Source of the DNA: Cycas panzhihuaensis
Lineage: Eukaryota; Plantae; Cycadophyta
DNA length: 64,000 nucleotides
Direction: 5' to 3'
Assembly: GCA_023213395.1 (NCBI GenBank)
Contig: CM041465.1
Span: 192,083,741-192,147,740 of the forward strand
The notes under the pieces are model-generated. The model was not told the DNA's origin and made no database searches. It was given only the letters and a program-made list of their open reading frames with translations. Both the position numbers and the translations under genes were made by a program. This document shows positions 56,601 through 64,000 of the stretch, piece by piece (within the stretch, counting starts at the first letter, position 1; each line of letters begins with the position of its first letter).

Positions 56601-58363
56601 ATTTCCACCTTATGTTCATGCTCAAACCTTAGTTCTCAACTACCACATGTTCTATAAACCCACTAAACTCAATACCATCATATAATAAATGCTTATAACC
56701 TACATTGCCTTATATTATGCTCTTTTTTTTAATAATAGTGCCCTCTTATTTACTATAAAATAGGCAATTTAGTCTTAAAATTTTGTCTATATATCATCAT
56801 TTACTTTACTTCATTTCAATGTATCCTCAAATCAAATCATGTGAAAACATAAATTTATAAATTATATGATTATGTCTATATAAATGCCATAGTTTTATGT
56901 TGATGTCTCATATGCAAACCCATCATAATATTTCTTAATAACAAATTTCACAACATGCTTTCTTAATAATATAACAATAACAAAATCTTATTTTTTGCCA
57001 TAAAAGTTTCATGCAAACCCTTGTATTTATCAACCCTACATATCTTATTATCAAACCATGGTGCCTAACCTCATATTATGTGTCTCATATGTCACCACAA
57101 CATCATTAACTTTTTCATGCAAAAACATGTATAACTACTTCAATCTTATGCCACCATAATATTTTGCCATAATCATGCCCTTCATGCTCATAAAATTATC
57201 ATGTCTCTTAATAACATATGCTTCTTTATTAGTAATCATGTCGCATATTAAACTATATAGGCATGCTACCTATTTTGCATATATCTACCTATGATTTTAT
57301 TCAACATACCTGAATATATCTACCACTGCTAATTGTGAGATTAGGTAAGGTGATCAATTTTATAAAATCCTAGCCATGTCTGTAGGTGATTAGTCTGCAT
57401 AAGTGAACTTAACTAGCAACGATACTTCTCATTTTTATTACATCTGTGGACTCATTTTGAGCCTACATCTTCATGAATATGGCACAAACATGCTTAAATA
57501 AATTATCCATATAAATCAATATTCAATATTCCATCAATTTATTGTATCCATCTTGATGCAACTTTATCTCCTATATGTAGCTTTATCAATGTATGCAACT
57601 CTAATCAACTTCTTCTTGCTCCAAAATCTCAATCACATGTCATTGGCATACTCAATTTTTTGCTCATAAAAACACACCTTATATTGGCTCTTGTATTGAC
57701 AAATATTGGCTCTGTAACTAGCTTATTAATCTAACTTATGTATAAGCTTTAATCTGTCATAAGATATTTTCTAATATGATTTTGATAGACTTTCAACATC
57801 ACCATGGTTCTAATATTATATTATAACATACTCATTATGGATAGTAGAAGCATGTATAATGATTTAATCATATCATGAAGAATATACAAAAATCATGTAT
57901 TATAAGATCAACATATAAAGTAATAACATGAAATATAAAGTATAAGCATCACAAAGTGTGCACCACAAGAGAGATAATAGATTTATATAGGGAAAACCTA
58001 GTGTAGAAAAAATGATGGGAAAGGTTGGAGTTGGGAGATTCTTTTAATAATATCAAATGAATTACATCTCATTTTCTAAAGTTCTCAAGTGGTGTGTATA
58101 CATAGTTATAGAAAATGTCACCTCATAAATAGTCTATTATATCTCTTAAGCTATTTCATCATCTAATAAGATGTGTATATAAATAAGTATACATATCATA
58201 TCTATTAATGCTTTTAGTGAGTGATATTTTGTGTGGATCCATAATAATACATTAAACATCATATATGTAAAATTATCACATATTGCAACAAAACAAACTA
58301 CTGAAATTTGACATCTCATTTTTTAAAGACTGGGATTTTCCCTCAAAATAATCATTCTTTACC

Positions 58364-58489
<126 letters not shown>

Positions 58490-58749
58490 CTTTTCTTTAA
58501 CTCCCATTTTTTGATACAGTTTAAAGGCTAAAGCACCATCCTAGGAGTCCTTTAATCTGATCTCAAATAAGGGGGAGTTTTATGGATATTTCATTATTAT
58601 TTTCAAATGTTATTAATTTTGAGTAACTAGTTGAAAGTATCTAGGATAATAGTAATCTAAGTTATCAAGGAGATCATAGCCTGAATAATATCACTTCTAT
58701 GGTAAAAAATCATGATAGTCATGAAGAAAATTTTCAAGGAATGAGAATT

Positions 58750-59350
58750 TGACAATAGAGAAGGGAATAAGATGAAGAGGAAATATTATCTTGGATGACA
58801 AGAGATCCCTTAGATCTGGGAGACCACCTTCATAATATACCCGATAAAGCATTGTATGTTATCCCTAAGTTCTATAGAGATGACTCAACAACTAGGGAGA
58901 GGCAACTAGAGACGATTTTCCTAATGAGTGAGAAGTTTAGTATTACTCATCTTGATATGGTAGTTAGACTATTTATTCATTCGTTGGAGGGAAGAGCCTT
59001 TGACTGGTTCTAGAGACTACCATATGGCTTAATCATAAGTTGGACTACTTTGATGGTTACATTCTTATCATAATATTATAGTTCAAAATCAAATGCCACC
59101 TAGGTTAGGGATTTATCTACTATTAGAAGAGGACCTAAAGAAACCCACTATACTTTTGTAGAAATATTTGATAATATAGTTAGATCAATTTTAATCATTG
59201 AGAGACCTTTAAAGCAGTATCAACTAGAATAATTTTTAGAAGGCCTAGATTATAAAACTCACATGGTCATGATGGGAAAATTTATAAATAGTTTCAGTTA
59301 AGCTTGGGACATGACTTTGGAGTTTGAAAAAATGATGAATAGATGTAGAA
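58750..59350 (+). pseudogene. Decayed Ty3/Gypsy gag fragment
   Basis: LHNIPDK...IPKF...DMVVRLFIHSLEGRAFDWF*RLP...ISWTTL, a Retrotrans_gag-like pattern. Confidence 0.75.
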
Positions 59351-60974
59351 GAACAAATCCCTCAACTAACATAGTTCCACTAAGAGAAAATTTAAGATAT
59401 GCCACAACTCATAACCTTATTTGTAAATGCTTCTTAGGAGGATGAATAATGAATAATGATCTACAACTCCTCAAGAGGAAAATGAAAGGGAAGGAATCTC
59501 AAGCACCTATCATAATGGGGCGTACTATGGGAAACAACCAATACCAAGTACTTATAATGATAACATAGAAAGATTTCTTGGAAGAATCTCTAAAGGAGAA
59601 ACCTCACATATATTTTAAAGACTTGACATTAGGTTCTTATGGAGAGAAATCTTCATTCTCTTATCATACAATCATGGCTTCATTTAGAGACTTTGAATCT
59701 AAGGAAGCAAAAGAACTAAATATGGTCATCCTTTCTAGGGCACAAATCATTCACATAGAAGCCCATTAAGTGCATGGATATCTCTAAGATGACCACTTAG
59801 GTACCAAAAGCTCTCACCCTAGGTATGATATCTTAGTCATAGATAATTAGGATTTATGAAATATTGCCTAAGGAGAATCTAATTGACCAAACTAGAATAT
59901 AGAGTCTAACGCATTTACTGATAGTGGTGACTTGGAGATAGCCTTGAAAGAGGGAAAACCAAGCTGGGATCTCATGAGGGATTTAGTTTATGAAGTACAA
60001 ATATCCATATTTTTATCTCACTTACATGATTTTCCTCCAAAATATCATGATATTTACTATGCTCAAGCCTTTACATCTAATATGCCCTATGGGATGGAGA
60101 CAAATGATCTATTTTGTTTATATCAAAAGATCAAGAAGATGACATCATGGAAGATATTATAGAACAACCTTCAGAAGAAGTCACTTAGGCAATGGTATCC
60201 ATGGAAGGTTATGGAGCTCGAGATGTATCAATAGGGTATAACATTTAAAAATAAGAGTCATAGATAAGTTTCATGTAGCCTAGACTCATTCTTTCTAATT
60301 CCTACTTGACATAATTCATTTCTCACCTAGGCACTGATTTCTCCTAAGGCCTTGTGATGAGGAATAAAGGTTGCTGGCAAGATTAAAGTCTCCATTAAAA
60401 TTGTTGATTGAAGGTTTCCTATAAACTAAAGGATGTTATAGTTACTTGCTCATTTCTGGGAAGGAAGCACTTCTTCCTCATCATTGGCATTTTTACAATC
60501 TCCTATTGATCTAGTGGAATTTTGGTTTTCTACCTCAATAATTATGGATATCTTAGGGCAACATGGTAAGTATCTTAATGAAGAAGGCTTAGCTCAAACT
60601 TTTATCCATATATTCAATAGTTTTTTCCCCTTACACATATTATAACACGTTTTCTTTTCCTACATATAAAGTAAATAAGTGGCAGGAGGCTACAAGAAAA
60701 AAGAAAGATGCATAATAAGTTAGTATTTATAACTAAGAGAAAGTTTCAAAAATGAAATCATTTTCAAGGTTACATAGACTATAAGCATAAGAGATCTAAG
60801 TGGCATATCTATGTATCCTAAATAGTAGGGTATGGTGACCTAATTAAACTTAAAGAGTCAAGGTAGGTATCTTAAGCCATCATGTTCACAAATCTAAGAA
60901 AAGGGTAGGTCAATCACTTTTCTCTTTATATATTTTTTATCCCACTAAGGGTTAATAAAAAATAAGGAGGCCTA

Positions 60975-62199
60975 TGTTAACCCCTAAAGGTGCAACAACT
61001 AAAATAATTTTAGCTTACAATGAGAGAAAAGACCCCATATTAGGTTGTATAAGGTTATTCTCACCATGAAATATAGATTTTATAGAAGTCTCAACACAAG
61101 AGAGAAATAATTCATAAAGGATACTGATAAAGCTCACTTGGGTAAAAAGGGTAGGATAATAAGAGGCTCAAATAGTTTAAAAGAATGTTTCTCTATAATA
61201 CATTTCCCCATCAAAGAGTATAAGAATACTTTGTGATCATATAAGAGACCATCACATAAAAAGGGTTGATGCGAGAGAAAAGAAATAAACAATCCCATCC
61301 TCTTGAGACCTCAATTCTCAAGGATAACTCATTTTGTATTTGAAGTGACTTTTAAGTGATTCATGGGAAAATTATTTGCAGGAAGACCAAATGGAAGGAA
61401 TAAGATGGTGGGCTCCACTCTACTTATTAACTCACATCCTTCTAATTTTTCCCTTATAAAATAGCCAAAGGAAGAAGTTGACTCAGTAGATAATGATCAC
61501 ATGGGTGGTTATCATGCAAGAAATGTTCTCGCAAAAGAAAGGTTTATAAAGTTATATTCCCACTAATTTTGTTCCCTTGATTTTAAGAGATATGTCAAAC
61601 ACCTTTTATACTTCAAAATAATTTTAAGAGAAAATGGGGAAGCAATCTACCAGAGGACTAAAATGAGATTGTGGGCTCCACTTTATAACTTTTAAGTGAT
61701 TTGTTGGAAAACAATCTATGAGAATAAATATCTAGTAACATGCTTACAAAATATTCTCCTGCGAAAGCATTCTAGTTCAAAGATACATTTCAAAAATGAT
61801 CATACCATAGAAAGTCACCTTGTGGGAAAAACCAACACAGAAGAAAGAAATGGATGATATAATAAAACATTTCCATGAGTAATTTCCCATCCATAATATC
61901 CCTCCATACAGGAAAGTTACATATACCTATCACATCTAAACACTTGATGTAGAATATGCCATCCTATTAAGAATCAATAAATAACTTGTAGGTATAGTAG
62001 TTGCTAATCAATGGAGCAAATGTAAAGAATAAGCTATCGCCAAAGAGATTTTGGGTCCAACTTGCAATTCAAAGAACAAGCTATCATTGGAGATATTTTG
62101 GCTCCCACTTGCAACCTAAGTGGAGAATACCTATAGAAGGAATTACCACTTTATAAATCAACTACACACATGGAATAGAAGAGAGAAGAGAAAGCATAG
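60975..62199 (+). repeat. Ancient LTR, uninterrupted partner of 25582-26490 plus 38745-39040; cut at right by the LINE
   Basis: Purine-rich AAAAAATAAGGAGG then TGTTAACCC; collinear homology across the Copia insertion point. Confidence 0.75.
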
Positions 62200-62219
62200 A
62201 TATATATATATATATATGT

Positions 62220-64000
62220 ATGATTTTGTAAAAAAGAGAAGGGGTTTTGGAAGGTCCCCAAATCTTTACAACATCTACCTTACGGCTATAAAGGATGCCA
62301 TGATAAGTCCATGGCCTAGATAAGCTCAGAATATACTAGCCAACTGCACCATAAAAGCTCTAGTTGGTCCAGAACCATCAGGCCCCTCCCTGGGCTAACC
62401 CATCCTTCTTAACCAGACTTAGAAACTCCTCTGGGAAGTGTTCTCTCTAGACCCTCATGCCTTTATTTGAGACTACTCAGTTAGCTAGCCAATCAGTTGC
62501 TGTATTGCCCTCTCTGAATGTGTGGTGAATATGAGATCCCTCCTTTGCCTTTAGATCCTCCTCAACATCCCTTACCATACTCACATTATGCCAATAAATG
62601 TTTGTATCCCCTCTGAGGATCCTGATCACATTAAGTGAGTCTCCTTCTATCACTACCTTATTGCAGTCATCCTTATTAGCCATAGTAACTGCTCTCTATA
62701 TGGCCTTTAATTTGGCCCTATGATTTGTTTGGATGCTATAATATTCCACAAAAGCCCACCTCACACCACCATTTAGGTATCTACATAGCCCTCCCCTACT
62801 TACCTCACCAGGATGACCTTTTGCTACTCTGTCAAAATTTATTTTTACCCAATTGTCAACAGGTGGACTCCAAGGATATTCTCTTCTCTTGACCCCAATT
62901 ATATTAGGTCTTCTTATACCCCACCCATCTAAGATGCTACCATCCCTTTCCAAGATTGTCTCCTCATCTTGATCTTTAATCAATTCAGCTATCGCCGAGC
63001 GAATAATCTCATGCAATCTTACCATATCCAATTCCTTCCCATGACATATTTTTCTGTTTTGTTCTTTCTAAATGTTCTACACCACCATTGGCATGACCAT
63101 TTTCCATAAAGATTTCAGAGTCTTACACCTGAAGGGGCAATTCCACATCCTCCGTTGATCCATCAGGGTCCTTGGGCTTACCCATGATATCCCCATTTAG
63201 GACCATATCCCATCCCAAACTCTTATAGTAAAAGGATAGAGAATGTTGATATGATCGATCATCTCCTCATCCTTTTTGCACATCGCACATCTGTTTGGCA
63301 TGACCATGCCCTGCTTATGGAGGTTATGGACCGTCAAGATCTTTTTCTTTAGGCATAACCACCAAAAGATCACAAACTTGGGAGTTAAGCCTAGCTTCCA
63401 TAGCCCAGCCAAAGAGGATCGTCTTTGAACCCCTATTCCCTGCATATCACCTGGTACCCATCCTTCACAGTGCACTCCCCTGAGGGGGAGTTCACCTATA
63501 TGATCACATTTGCTTTGAGCCTTTTTGGAATGTAGTGATGCTTAAGCTCCTTTCTTAAAGCTTGAATATTCTCCCCCCATCCTGGGGTCCTTGCAACTCC
63601 TCGAAAGATATCCAGGCCTTGTCTCTGCCATGACCCTCCCAGTAATCCTTAATGTTAGGGCCATATATATATTCACAGATAGCCTACAAGGGAGTGACAC
63701 GCAGGCTATCTTTCAATCGATAGTTATGACACCATTTGTCCTCCCAGAATTTCATGCTTTCCCTATTCCCCAGGTTCCATCTCAAGCCATCTATTAAGAT
63801 GGGTCTCGAATGAACCAAACTCTTCCAGATCAACGACCCATGAACCTCCCTCATCTCATCTTTTAAGAAATGCCTTCCTCATAGATATTTTTTAGATATA
63901 ATCTCACTCCACTATCCTCCTTCCTCCTTTGATAATCTCTAGCCTAGCTTGACCAACAAGGCTGTGCTAAAAGATGAAGAGAAAATATAACTGAGAAGCA
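62220..64000 (-). mobile_element. 3' part of a plant L1-clade LINE ORF2: zf-RVT and C-terminal RNase H, decayed
   Basis: PKFVIFWWLCLKKKILT...NRCAMCKKDEEMIDH; WSPP..WVKINFD..KGHPG; VVIEGDSLNVI; HTFREGNTATDWLAN. No clear poly(A); the 3' end is approximate. Confidence 0.9.

Larger units (their letters stand above)
44811..58290 (-). mobile_element. Non-coding LTR element (LTRs 44811-45271 and 57819-58290) hosting a nested Gypsy
   Basis: Direct repeats of ~460-470 bp; PPT complement CTTCCCCCTAAT at 45272; decayed PBS complement GTTCTAATATTA 57807-57818; no matching TSD. Confidence 0.82.

Overview
AT-rich, CpG-poor plant nuclear DNA made almost entirely of decayed, nested retrotransposons. I find no host gene, RNA gene or CRISPR array. 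The element lineages suggest a gymnosperm-type genome (inference). Bases 1-11092 recur inverted at 23054-34041, and the inner end of that copy abuts a 500-N scaffold gap. Elements with clear boundaries: a CRM-type Ty3/Gypsy (30366-36906, TSD ATCAA) nested in a Ty1/Copia (26491-38744); a gag-only Copia derivative (39696-44523, TSD GACCC) whose LTRs end in a tandem array of tRNA-Met primer-binding sites (PBS); and an Athila-like Gypsy with a long extra 3' ORF (45553-55290, TSD CAAAC) nested in a non-coding LTR element (44811-58290). These appear to sit in one ancient LTR whose partner begins at 60975. Also present: a Tekay-like chromovirus remnant, a Tat-like pol with an extra RNase H upstream of RT, a second Copia cut by the gap, and an RNase H-bearing L1 LINE at the right edge. 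All coordinates were read by eye and ends of decayed coding regions are approximate.
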